DNA of 64,000 nt from Paragordius varius (Eukaryota > Animalia > Nematomorpha). The stretch spans positions 1,922,001-1,986,000 of the forward strand of contig OZ176054.1 of NCBI GenBank assembly GCA_964247055.1, given 5' to 3'. The notes under the pieces were generated by a model. It ran no database searches. It saw nothing but the letters and a program-made list of their open reading frames with translations, and was not told where the DNA came from. A program made the position numbers and the translations under genes. Shown here piece after piece: positions 1 to 12,300 of the stretch. How positions within the stretch are numbered: the stretch's first letter is position 1; every line of letters begins with the position of its first letter.

Positions 1-117
1 AGTAGTAAAAACTATATAAGTTTTTTTAGATCATACAAATTTATAAAAAATATATGTTGGATTTGACCTTACATACTACATAGTTCATATATTTTTTGGG
101 GGTATTTATACTTTTAG

Positions 118-393
118 AATATGTGCTTTTCTCAAACAAGGCCTTTGAGTCGTCAAAGTAGACACCTCACTCAAAACAAAACCATAATCCAAAAACTCCG
201 TTCAAATCCTAACCTTAAAAACTATACCCAAAATAATTTACAATCTGTGCAAAAGTTGAATGGTAAAAGCTCCAAAAATCAATTATGCATTTACCAAAAC
301 GTTTTTAACGTTTTTATAACGGTTTGGAGTTTTATGCTCCTCAATATACTTGTGTTGCCATCACTTATAATTTATATTAAAACAAATAAATAG
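118..393 (+). CDS. Probable terminal exon of a gene entering from upstream of the window; hydrophobic C-terminal tail (transmembrane or GPI-signal-like)
   Basis: Acceptor cttttag| at 117 followed by an open frame to TAA at 393, ending VFNVFITVWSFMLLNILVLPSLIIYIKTNK*. No recognisable homology. Confidence 0.4.
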   Translation, partial: NMCFSQTRPLSRQSRHLTQNKTIIQKLRSNPNLKNYTQNNLQSVQKLNGKSSKNQLCIYQNVFNVFITVWSFMLLNILVLPSLIIYIKTNK

Positions 394-749
394 ATAAAAA
401 TAAATGATTGATTGATATATTAATCTATGTAACTTTAAAGGTAAATTCAATTTCAATCAATACATATTGATACAGCATATATTAAAACTATAAAGCCAAA
501 TTTAATCTAAAAGACCAAACTTTTTTTATAAAACACGGCCATACTTTTTCAAATTCCCACATACATTAAAGTACAACTTTAAATTATAGTATTAACAATT
601 CGCAATTTTATTCATTATTTTGCGACCCAAAACAATGAGTCATATCTAAAAAATGAAGGTTTAATACGCATGATTGTCTTTTTTTAAAAATATTTGTCTT
701 TTAGTTTTCACATAAGTCTGTATAATATTAATTATTTTTAGCTGTATTT

Positions 750-3700
750 TTAATATAATCGACGCGTGTGTAAACGACAGTCGGAACACACATAATTTGT
801 TAACTTCATCCGGCAAGTCCAACAAAATATTATGTAATTTTTAGTGGAATCCGCGCTAAGGTTAAATTGTGGGAACCATTTTGACGCATTGAAATCTAAA
901 ATGTTTTTTATAATTTTTCACACAAAAAACTATTCATATAACACAGCCTCCAAAATTGGGGGTATAAAAATAACCTTATGATGCATCAGGCTTATTATGG
1001 TGCTTTTGGTTTTGGCCCTTATGAGTGATTTAATAAAGTTATTACAGCTCCATATCAGAAAATGGCGAAATTGGTGCACATTTTTTTAAAAAATTTTCTG
1101 GTGAAAGCTAAAGGCTTCATTCCAAAAAATATCAATCAAATATATCATAATACATATAAAATGCAAAACAATATTTCCTAAAAATTTTAATTTTTAGAGT
1201 TAGGCTACTAACCCAAATTATTTTATTCTTCTAAAATGAGCTAGTCCTCTTAAAAAAACGCAAAAATGCGGGGATTGCGCGATTAAAATTTTGAATATAT
1301 GCTAAATTTTGGCATCAACCAAAAAGTATTTTTAAAAAGGATTATTTTTTTCCAAAATTTAATTTTTAGCCAAATTCTGTTGAAACGTACTTTATACTTT
1401 TTGAGTCATGATGGAAAAAACATATAAAATAAAAACTCTTGACTATATAACTCAGTGATGCTAAACATTTCTATCAAATCAAAATTTTGTGATTAAAACA
1501 TTAGTTTGCCTTCAAATTTATTTGTGTTTTCTAACAAAAAATCACCAAAATATTTAGGCACACGAATGTTTAATTTAAAATTCTGAAGCGGTAGAAATGT
1601 TCAGGATCATCAAATTATATGGAAAAAGTGTTTTTATAATCTAAAAGCGTTTTTATACCGCTTCCATTAAAAGTAGTTTGAAGTACGGTTTAACAAAATT
1701 TTGCTAATTAATTTTTTGAATAAAGTATGCATTTTAAAAAAAAATATTTTTAGTTGATTATAAATTTAGCATATATTTAGTTCTTGCAATCCCGGCAGTT
1801 TTGCGTTATTTAAAAAGAACTAGCTCATTGTAGAAGAGTAAAAATTTGGGCACTCGGAGCCCAACTCTAAAAATTAATTTTTTTGAAATATTTTGCTTTT
1901 TATATGCAGTTTATGATATATTTTAGTGGTGTTTTTTGGAATTAAGCCTCTAGCCTTCCCCTGAAAATTTTTTTAATGCGCAAATTTTGCCATTTTTTGA
2001 TATGGCGCACTTACCAAAAAAGTATAAAAAACTTTCTAAATCACTTGTAAGGGCCAAAACAAAAGCATTATGATAACCCTGATACATTTTTCTATCAGAA
2101 TATATATTTTATCAGATTTTTTTGTGGACACTGTGAAATTATCAAATAAAGAATTACTATAAAGCACTTGCTCATGATAAAATTCAAAAGTATAAAGTTA
2201 AAAGAATAAAAACTGAAAACACCGTTTAATTTTACTTTTTATATGGCCCATGTAGAAATTTAGGGAATGCCTCATCATCTTAATGTGACCGAGTCTTGGT
2301 ATTATCTGAACTTGTAACAATCGATTTACATATGAGATATCCAGCTTTGAATTAGGCTAAAATTATTTTTTTAAAATAGTTAAATTGTTTCCTTACCTAA
2401 TGGGTTTTTGCATTCAAAAATGCTAAATTAGAAAAACTACATTTTTTTGACCCTTAATTTGGAACACTATGTCAATATGATATTAAAAATAAATATTTTT
2501 GTTAATCTCGGTATTCAAATATAAAATAACTCGTGTTATAAAGCTTAGATGTATTTTAAAAATGTTTCCCTATAAAATTAAATTATATAACTTTTGTGTA
2601 AAGCATATATGAAATATATTAAAAATTTGTAGCCTAAAACCACATCATTAATACTGATTTATCTTAAAAAGTTCGAGATACAAATTTGTTTATCATTATA
2701 ATCCAATGGAACAATATACCCCTACCAATAAGCTGCGCATAAAATACAGTTAAATATTAGAAATAATGCTATGTATGCATGCAGTTAAGAGTATTAATCG
2801 AGCAATCGCGAATTTTAAAAAAATTAAAACTTTAAGTCATATTTTATAGAAATTTTGTTATAATTTTTGCACACCTGTTACATTAGTATAGGTAGGATTC
2901 ATATATTTATGTATATAATATAAGAATTTTAATTTCCATCAAACAAGTATTATATTATATATAAAACCAACAATATTTTATACCATCGATCCCTCACTAA
3001 CGTTAATAAGTTGATTAAACAATCCAGAAATTTTATAATCAAACAAATAATTCACTCCTCCCACGCTTAATGGATCAATTTTGTTGGAAAAATTGAGATG
3101 GATCGTTTCATCATAAGTCGTATAGGTAAAGGATATATTTGGATAAATTATTTCATCTATTATATATATTTCATACGCATATATACATACCTAGGGTTGT
3201 GCTGACCAAGTAATGACCGGTCAATTGACCGGGTCATGATTGGTCAGTGACTATTTATTTTCCGACCATGGTCATTTAAAAAAGCAGCTGTTTTTTAAAA
3301 ATTGCTAGTAAATTTTTTTGGAAGAATGGTAAGATGTTATTGTTCTTATATTTTAAAAAATATAAATTAAATATTTAAATATGTTTAACAATATATTAAA
3401 AATGTTAAAAATGCATCCTTGTAACATTAGCATTTAAGCTCGAAAAACAAAAGGATCAAACACTGTGCAAAATATCCAATTATTCCATATATGTGAACAA
3501 TAATTTTTTCAATGATGAACGAAAGTGTAAAACAAACTAGGTTTTTATTTGAAATATCCAGTATTAAAAGCAATGTTGATGATTGAAAATGCCACAAATA
3601 TGTGGCAAATATCATTTGAAAACAAAAATCTTGATTGAATTTGATTAAAAATATTTGTAAATAAAAAATATCAAAAAAATGTATAATACAAACTTTTAAG

Positions 3701-5817
3701 AAAAAACATGACATTATTAGTGAAACGCAAGTGTCGTTTGAACATTATATTATCATACTCCAATATCACATGATGTTTACTACTTAAGTAGAAAGGGGTC
3801 ATACCGTGATCATGACCATGGTCTGACTGGGTCTGACCGGACTTTTTTGAAAAAGCAGTCAAATGCACAACCCTACATACCATTTACACCTCTTTACCCT
3901 AACATTAAAATTACCCTTGAATATTACAAATTCACCCCCTAAAAATATTAAATTCACCCTTTTTTTACCCTAAAAATAAATCATGAATGAGTTTAAATAT
4001 TTATTTTGTCACATAGTTCAACATTTTTTCTGTTTAATTACTTTATTTCCTTTTTAAAAGCATTTTTTAATTGCGAAAATTAAGGCAATATATATTAGAT
4101 GCCTTGTCTTGATATTAAAATGTTTTTAGGTAAAATTTGATTCCCTATAAAAATATGGTATAAAACAGAAAAAAGGGTAAACTATGCCAAAAACTAAAAA
4201 TTAATAACAATCATTAGATTCCAGGAAATACAAAATTATTTACAGGAATTTGAAATGGTCAAGAGTGAATAAATGTTTAGGTTTAAATTAATGATAAATT
4301 TGAAGTGTTTAAGGAATTAAGTGGAGTATATAAAAAAAATGAGACACCACTGCCAAAAAATTGAAATTTATGAATGATATAAAAAAGTATTTTTATGACT
4401 CTTTGTGTTTATTAATGTATATACAATTATATGTTAAAGCGAATTAATCTATGCATTATTTTATTACAAAATTACGAAATATGGCGTTTGGAAGCGCAAT
4501 GTTATTCATATTACAGTGTCCCGGATCCTTACATGTGAACGTATCATTTTTGCTTTCCGTTAAATTATAATCTTGGTGCAAGTGTGCACAATCGGATAAA
4601 CACCTATAAATGATTTCAGAAATAAATAATATATACATTTACAGTTCATATTCACCCTTAAACAATTCACATTCACCCTTAAACAATTCATATTCACCCT
4701 AATAAATTATGTATTTTTAAAGAATTAAAATTACCTATTTTTTTATATTTTTAAAAAATGAAATTTTGTTTAAAATTAATATAATACTTAAAAACTAAAA
4801 AACTATATGTCATAAAGAAATATTTCATATTAATGATGAGAGCCCGAAAACACATAAATTATTTTGAGGGTGAATTTGAATTGTTTAAGGGTAAATATGA
4901 ATTTTAAATGGTATATTTAACGATTGGTATTTACAAGGTCTTGAGACCGTACAAGTACAGGAACCAGCTCAAGTTCAAGCTTGCGGGTGCCGGTTCTGTA
5001 TTTTTAAAATATGAAGTTATCGGTTTTAAAACTTTTACTGTTTTGTTTTTGATGTGATAGCTACTGTAAATATAATATGGTGTCTAATTTTTTTCTATAT
5101 AGTACGACTATAAAAATATAAAATAAAATAAATGTTGATACTTGTGTGCCTTAGAAATCAATACTGTTTAAAGCTAAATATAGTATTTAATAAATTTAAA
5201 AGCCATTTAAAATTTTGCTAAAAGAGAATTACAGATGTGGAATCGAACAAAAACTATAATAATGTGTGATATTAATGGATTTTATTTAATGCCTTTATAT
5301 AAATAAATTTTATTGGCAAAATTATTTTATTAATTGGTAATATTATAATCGCAGTGTGAATAAAATCTGTTTTTTGATTTAGAAATTGATGAAAATGGTT
5401 AATTCTCTCTATTTTATGTATTTAAACTGCCTTCACATCTATCAAAAATTTTCAGACGTAATCTAACTTGGAATTATAAATAGGGAATGGATTACGATAT
5501 GTAGTGAATTAGCCCAATTATCACTTGGAGCTAATTTTATAAAACCCAGTTTAGTGAAACCGTTTAAAATATGAATCTAATTATCTGTCATTTTGGAATC
5601 AATAATATATGGTTTTAGCTCCAACATATCGTGCGATATTCAATTTAAATTGATGAAGAATATGCTAAATAATAATACCCGTAAAAAGTTTGAAAATTAT
5701 TTAAGTCCTTCGTTTCACTGTATCTGTAACAACAACCATTATTTTGAAGTTTGCACATTGCGGTTTCTTCTGTTTGGTTGGCATTCCAATCACAATAATT
5801 GCAATAACAAAATTTAT
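750..5817 (-). CDS. Unannotated multi-exon gene, 5' end not found: three-finger (TGF-beta type-I receptor/BAMBI/Ly6-like) ectodomain plus a glycosylated C-terminal region
   Basis: Exons 5817-5679, 4603-4476, 3156-2984, 2356-2236 and 895-750, all GT-AG with matching phases (1/2, 2/1, 1/0, 0/1, 1/stop). Spliced protein begins DKFCYCNYCDWNANQTEETAMCKLQNNGCCYRYSETKDLNNFQTFYGCLSDCAHLHQDYNLTESKNDTFTCKDPGHCNMNN, with 10 Cys and a terminal C-x5-CN. Eight N-x-S/T sequons in about 235 aa. Confidence 0.75.
905..2135. mobile_element. Long foldback (inverted-repeat) non-autonomous element in the last intron of the three-finger gene
   Basis: About 905-1320 is the reverse complement of about 1755-2135, roughly 75% identical by eye (e.g. 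aaaatgagctagtcctcttaaaaaaacgcaaaaatgc versus gcagttttgcgttatttaaaaagaactagctcattgt). No ORF. Boundaries are approximate. Confidence 0.65.
3192..3875. mobile_element. hAT-type MITE
   Basis: Termini TAGGGTTGTGC (3192) and GCACAACCCTA (3875); subterminal TGACC/GGTCA repeats; direct repeat tacatacc at 3184-3191 and 3874-3881 (8-bp TSD-like). Confidence 0.75.
3876..4330. mobile_element. Degenerate copy of the TACCATTTAC/ttcaccc MITE family
   Basis: Begins taccatttacacc followed by decayed aaattcaccc repeats; right end has decayed gagtgaat/tttgaagtgtttaagg. Right boundary is approximate. Confidence 0.5.
4634..4915. mobile_element. MITE, TACCATTTAC family with tandem subterminal repeats (copy A)
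   Basis: Left arm of repeated ttca(t/c)attcaccctt aaacaa units; right arm gagggtgaatttgaattgtttaagggt...aaatggtata; internal core shared with copies at 30734 and 59174. Confidence 0.8.
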
Positions 5818-6243
5818 CTGTCAAAAATAATGAAAATGATAAATAATTTTTGGCTAGGTCAAAAATTTAGTTAACTTTGCTGCTATTGTAATCATTTTAT
5901 CTTGTACAAAGTTAAAAGTTCTCCAAATACGTTTTTAAGTTACATTACAAGAAAAGGTATATCAATGTTTATACTAAACCGATTTCATATTCAAATTTTG
6001 GTTGTATATAAAATGTATAGGAATTAATTGCATTGGCATTCACCCTTAAACACTTATTTCAAATTACCCATTATATAATTTCAACTTTTTCATATTTTTA
6101 ATTCCTAAATTTATGTATCTTAGAGAACGAACCCACAGTTCAGGTCAAATATTTGTTTTTAGTTTACATTTTTTTGATAAAATATGTTAGCTTTTCATTT
6201 TCAAATAGGCAATACATAATTTTTTGTTTATGTGTTTAGTTAA

Positions 6244-6757
6244 CATTTCGATTCAAATTGGGGTATCAAAATACTCCAGACTATATTTAAGTTGATATTT
6301 TAAAAAAAACTACTGGAAAAAAGCAATTTGATTTTATGCTTTCATCCCAGTAAAAATTATATAAATAAGCCGAAATATCCAAATAAAATATAAAAATTTC
6401 CATATCAAACTACTTCGACGCCATTCTTACTTCAAAACATTTTTGCAAAATATCGTGTTAATTTAATTTTAAATCTATAGAATTAAAGCTAATTTTTAAT
6501 GTAAATCACATATATCATTGATAGAAACAGAATTGGTATTTTGTATTATTTAAAAATTTAGCTAATGCACACATGTCATGTTGAATAAATTTTTACCTTA
6601 AAATAAATAATAACAAGTATTTTTGAATGAATTCATGAATATAAGTGCAAACTTTTGCCATAGTTTTAATTCCTCTCATATTTTTTGAATTAATTAGTTT
6701 TAAACAGGTCTGGGCTATCCAACTACCCCAATTCGAATCGAAAGACTGAAATGAATG
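6244..6757. mobile_element. Non-autonomous TIR element of about 520 bp (copy 1)
   Basis: TIR catttcgattcaaattggggta versus taccccaattcgaatcgaaagactgaaatg; collinear, roughly 75% identical copy at 23349-23915. Confidence 0.75.
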
Positions 6758-9024
6758 TGTTGCATTCATGTGTTAGATACATATCAATTCAAAAACGTAT
6801 TACTCTAAACAAAAATATTATTATCATTTAATATTATTCAAATTTTTTTATAATGAATCTTATTGGAGGATACGGAAGGTATAACTTGATGTCAAACTTT
6901 AGTTATGTACAAATTATCGCCACCAAAACTCTATTTTAAAAAATCTATTTTAATATGAAAATGGGTTATTAGATATATAATAACCGAATTAATACTCTTT
7001 TATACATAACCTGATTGTTCTAACAAAGAATAATAATAACTTGATATAAAAAACCATAATAAAATTAAATTTAGATACATAATATTTTTATATATATGGT
7101 TATAAAAAACTATAATTGCATAATGCTGATTTCGCACCATTGTGTTACCTTGAAATTGAAATTATTTTAATATTTAGCATGCTATTACATAATTTTGAAC
7201 TCCATAAAATTTTGTAGTTGAAAAACTATATTATAGTTAGCTATAATTTAATGTACAGGTAACATTAAAATTTTAACGTATTTATTAGCGAGTTAAAATC
7301 TATTTTAAAGCTGTCTATTTATATTTGTTTGAATAACGATTTTGGAAAGATAAGTAAGCCACATTGATTCACGCAATGCATTTTGAATGGAATAAAGCAT
7401 TAGATAATCAATTTTTTTCAACAATTTGTGCAGTTTAAATTCGTGGTTTGGCAAAAAAATATAATATGCTTTCTATAATTGATATTATTAATGCTTGTCT
7501 AGCGATTAATGACACGTTTAGATATAGGATTTTTTATGCAGAAGCCTGATTCCTGATTTGTCCCCTAATGGCATAAACAATTTTGGGAATAAAAAAAACA
7601 AATTAAATTTGCATAGATTTGGTTTCACACTCTGAAATAAATTGGCAAACGTCATATAAAAAAAATAATTGCAATAACCCAAAATATTTAAAACAGCTAG
7701 TTGATATTCTAGACTTTTACCATACATTTTTTGTATTATTAAATACATTAAATTACCAAAAAAACTGAAATAGTTCCAAAAAACTAAACATTTTTGAATA
7801 AAGGGGTTGTGATTAAACAATTAACATGTTGGGTCATATATATTGATTATTTTTTTAGTTTCTATTTAAGATCACTTTAATCACAATTCTACTTTATAGC
7901 CATTTTTAAACTTTGAATATTTTTGAGTTGCATAAACCATCACGAGTATATACACATTTTGAATAGCCTTTCAATAACTAACAATCAAAATATTGCAAAT
8001 TAGATAAAAGTTTGCATCGAATTTTTTTTCATTAATTTTATTAAAATTTAAAACACTTTTATTGTAATAAATACTGGAGATTTTCGAATATGGGTTTTTA
8101 TGTCTTCTATTATTATCAAAAACACATCAAAATATTAGCCGTTTTATGGGTTTTAAAAAAATATTATAGTCAACAGTTTTTTTTATTTAAATAGCATATC
8201 GAAATTCGTTATCGAGTTCTGTAAGCTCACCATCGGTTAAAAAATGTAGTCACACAAAAATCATAAGCCCTATATTCGACACATTATGTATATTTTATAC
8301 ATGGAATTGCATTTTTTGATATTTTTTTATTATAATACAATTTTTATTCCCAATTTTTGGGGGAAATTTTACGTATTTAGATAATGCGAAAAACTGGAAT
8401 GGTAAAGAATTCGTTGTCTAATGCGGTTTCATCAAACATTAACTCTTATAATTATTGCTAAAACTTAATTATTTTTCATTACTTATGAATTTTTATAATA
8501 TTTCTTGATTTCATACCAATTTTCTAAATATTTCAAAAAAAGTAAAATCTACATTACTAAAAAACTGCAAAGTATATAAAAATAATTCAAGAAAAATCAT
8601 TTTTATTTCTATAATTAAGAGTTGGTACAGTGCGCGAATACATATTTTTGCTTTTCGCCTTTATAAAAAAATTATAGTAAATTATTTAAATTATTATTAT
8701 AATATATTTGTCATAATTTCCACTACTTTGGTAAATTTATTAATGATTTCCATAAAAAGCTGAGTATATAGTAATTAAGGCTGCTAACCAGATCATATCA
8801 CAAGCAAATACTTTTGAAATATATACTAACCATTTATTTATTTGTAAATTTAGTTTTATGCGCTATATATATTTAATGTGATAGATGAAGTAGATAAATT
8901 TTATACTATAAATATATTAAATGTATCCTTTCATAAAACACTTAGGAGAAATAAAAAAAGGCATTTCTAATCCAAAATATATAAATATAGGATTTATCCA
9001 AAAAACAGGTAAATGAAGCAAATA

Positions 9025-9028
<4 letters not shown>

Positions 9029-9059
<31 letters not shown>
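9029..9059. repeat. (AT)n microsatellite
   Basis: About 15 AT units. Similar tracts at about 17163, 26785, 42446, 51489, 56338 and 57913. Confidence 0.9.
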
Positions 9060-9061
<2 letters not shown>

Positions 9062-9346
9062 TTTCTAACAAATGTTACCTATAAAATATATAATGTGAGA
9101 TTTGATTTGACATAATAAAGTATGTATGTTCATATACCTATTTCAAATGCATTATTAGTGTTAATTTAGTGATAGGATGGAAATTTGTAAATACAAGCTT
9201 ATAGTTTTTGTGATAACATATGAAAAATTGTAAATTTTAAACATAATACCATATTAAGAAATAAAAAAATGTTTGTTATTATATCAATCAATATATATAA
9301 CATATCCATTTTGATTTTTTTATCCGTATTTTTGGGGCCATGCGCT

Positions 9347-12300
9347 TTATATCGTGTAATCCATATCGTGATTTAAAACGCGATAAGAGTGGTTAACCTC
9401 CTTTTTTTGACACAGTAGAATGATGGAAAATATAACACCCAGAATCTAATAAAAATAAAATTATATATAGACAAAAAGTAAAAATATAATCATTTTTTTA
9501 AAAATATGAGCCATATTTTTTAAAAGTTTTGTGTTTTTGAGTATGATGGTACCAGAGTTTCAATAATTTCACAATCTTAATCATAAAGAGTATGTAGAAA
9601 AAAAGACGATTTAAAAAAGTATGGCTGTGTTTATATTTTCCTTTTTAGGTTTTTTATAGAATCTTTACACGAAAATACAATATTTATTTGAATACAAAAC
9701 CATATGATATGATTGGTCAAAATAAAAATAAAATTAAAAAAACAGATTATCGTTATAAAATTTCACATATATATACTAACCTGAATGACGAAAAAACCAA
9801 CGGCCACTTCGATAATGTAAACTACGTTGTTTGAAAAAATGCGTCGAAACCGTGTATAACATCCCTATTTATTAGAAAATAAAATGAAACAACATTTTAT
9901 AATAATTAAATTTCATGAATTATTAATAGATGAGCACTAAGTAAACGGAAAGGTATTATAAAAATCTATTTGAAATTTTTGTTAAAATGAACATTTAGCT
10001 TAAACCATGGTAGAAAATTTACATATAACTAACTAAACAATTTTATCAAAAAAAACCTTAACAAAAATTGTTCATATTAGGGGAATTTAAAAAATAGTTT
10101 GGTCATTGTTAAAATAGGCAAAAACCCATTTATAAAAAAGATAATAACTAAAAATAGGTAAAAAATACTCAAAAAAACATATATGTCCAAAGATTCATTA
10201 AAAACCATATTATTGGCTATTTAAGCAAAAAACATTACAAAAAACCATACTTACTTACAGTAAAAATTAAAAATTATATAAATGAAACGTAAAAATATAA
10301 GGACAAATATTTTTTTTTAAAAAAAACCATAATTAAACCATTATTTTTTTATATATAAATTATTTTATTAAAATCATAAAATACATAATTGAGTTTGTTA
10401 CCAAGGCATCTCTTAATCATACATTTCATATTAAACAATGAGTTATATTCTAAAATAAATTGAGTTTAAAACAACAAAAGTAATACTTGGAGAAAAATAT
10501 TTGTCCTTTTATACTTACGTTTTGTCCCTATAATTTCAATTACTGTGAATTTAATTTTTTTCTCTATTAACCAAAAAAGCCCCTTTATATTCATTGCCCA
10601 ATAAAATTAAAATACTCCCTCCCAGTAAAAACCGTCCTAAAACACTTGTTCCTTTTTTCAAACCTTAATTATCCGTTAAAAATTACTTCATGATAAAATT
10701 CATCAAGGTTATCCTGGCTACCGGCACATTCGTAAGTTTTTATACAACAACTACTGGGTACTATCCGACGAGTATTAGGGTCCTTTTGTCTCATAGTCGA
10801 ATACCAGGGTAGCGCTTGCCAATCTGTGTAATTATAAATGCCACAACACTTCCCCTTAGATTGGACAAAATTTATTTCATCAAAGTGTTCCGAGGTTGGG
10901 GAATAACCCTGAAAGGCAGAATCGAGTTCAGTTTTAACGCCTGATTCAAGCTAAAAAGATAAATATAAAATGTTAGACATGTTAGCTAGTTAATTCGTTA
11001 ATTGGTTAAGTAGATTTGGTGACACATATTTTAATAAATGTAAAAGTGTTATAATAAGGAATCTCAGTAAAAAGTTCCACAATCTTAGATTTTATAAACT
11101 ATATATATATATATAAAGCTTCAAAAATTTTCAGCGAATGGCTTATACACCATATATCTTACAAATTAAAAATTTTGGTTCAAGTGTCTAATAAAAATTT
11201 TCTTTTATATATCAGACTAGTGAGTTTGACTGGTTTAATATTTCTAAAATTTAGATTAATTACAATTTAGATGTGGTATTATAAAATCAATTTAAAATAA
11301 GAAAATATAATTTTTAAGGCTAACCTTCCTTATTAAAAGCAATTTGTTAATTCTATTTTTGTTAAGTTAGTAATATATATAGTTTAAAATGTTTTAATTA
11401 ACTGATGTCCACGAGATTAAAGTCCTTAGCAGTTCAGACCGATTGACCGGTTAAAAACTTTAGTATAAACCTGGACACTTTCAAACAATTCAGATGGAGC
11501 GTTATTTAAAAATTAATAAATTAGTGTAAAACAAAGTAATGTAAATAAATCAAGGTTGTCTGTCCAATATCTTGCAAATAATAATGGAGTATATATTAAA
11601 TAATGCCTGGAGCATACAAAAAAATCTAGAAACTGCCAAATTTAATCCAATAAATGATGATTAAAGTTCAGTTCAAATGCACATATATTAATATATGTAA
11701 AATTGGTTTATATAAATTTATAGCTTTTTTTTATTTATGATCATTTTTTTTATCTTAAATTGCAATTCCGAAAGGCCCTAGGAACGATCTGACCCAAAAA
11801 TCTTAAAGTTATACATTAATTTTTGCGTTGTCAAAATATTTGTTGGTTGAGGTACACACCTTGAATTCACAAAATTATTCCAATATAATATTAATATATC
11901 GATATCACTTTAATACTTACAAGACTGTATAACAAAGAAACTTTTAGATTAGTACAACAACTCTTTTGTTTTTTGTTTTCGATACAATTATTCAACAAAA
12001 ATAAGACGTAATAGCTGCTGGTAGGGAGAAAATGATTATTACTAATCAATTCCCAATGTTACCTCGTTTTTCCCTAATTAATAATCAATTACACTGTGTA
12101 GAAATTAAACATTTTCCTATATTTATATAAAAAATTTAATACTGTATTGGAATTTTTATGTTGCTAAATATCTAGACAGTTTTTGTATTGATAGAATTAA
12201 TGACATTGAGACAAATAGGCGAATAGAAGGGGAGGGAAGGGGGGGGGGGTTAAACATGTTGGTAATCAAAAAAGCTTAATTTACCGCATTTTCGTTCCTA

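Noticed and set aside
2357-2422. 40-nt intron plus 26-nt micro-exon upstream of exon 2356
   Set aside because: Every frame hits a stop; exon 3156-2984 joins 2356 in phase without it.
5593-5874. Plus-strand 93-aa ORF (MESIIYG...)
   Set aside because: It is the antisense shadow of the Cys-rich minus-strand exon 5817-5679.
8923-8931. GTATCCTTT, the U12-type donor consensus
   Set aside because: It is on the plus strand in apparent intergenic DNA with no associated exon or U12 branch site; likely chance.
12226-12250. G-rich tract with G-quadruplex potential
   Set aside because: An isolated homopolymer-like run in an intron, prone to sequencing error, with no supporting context.
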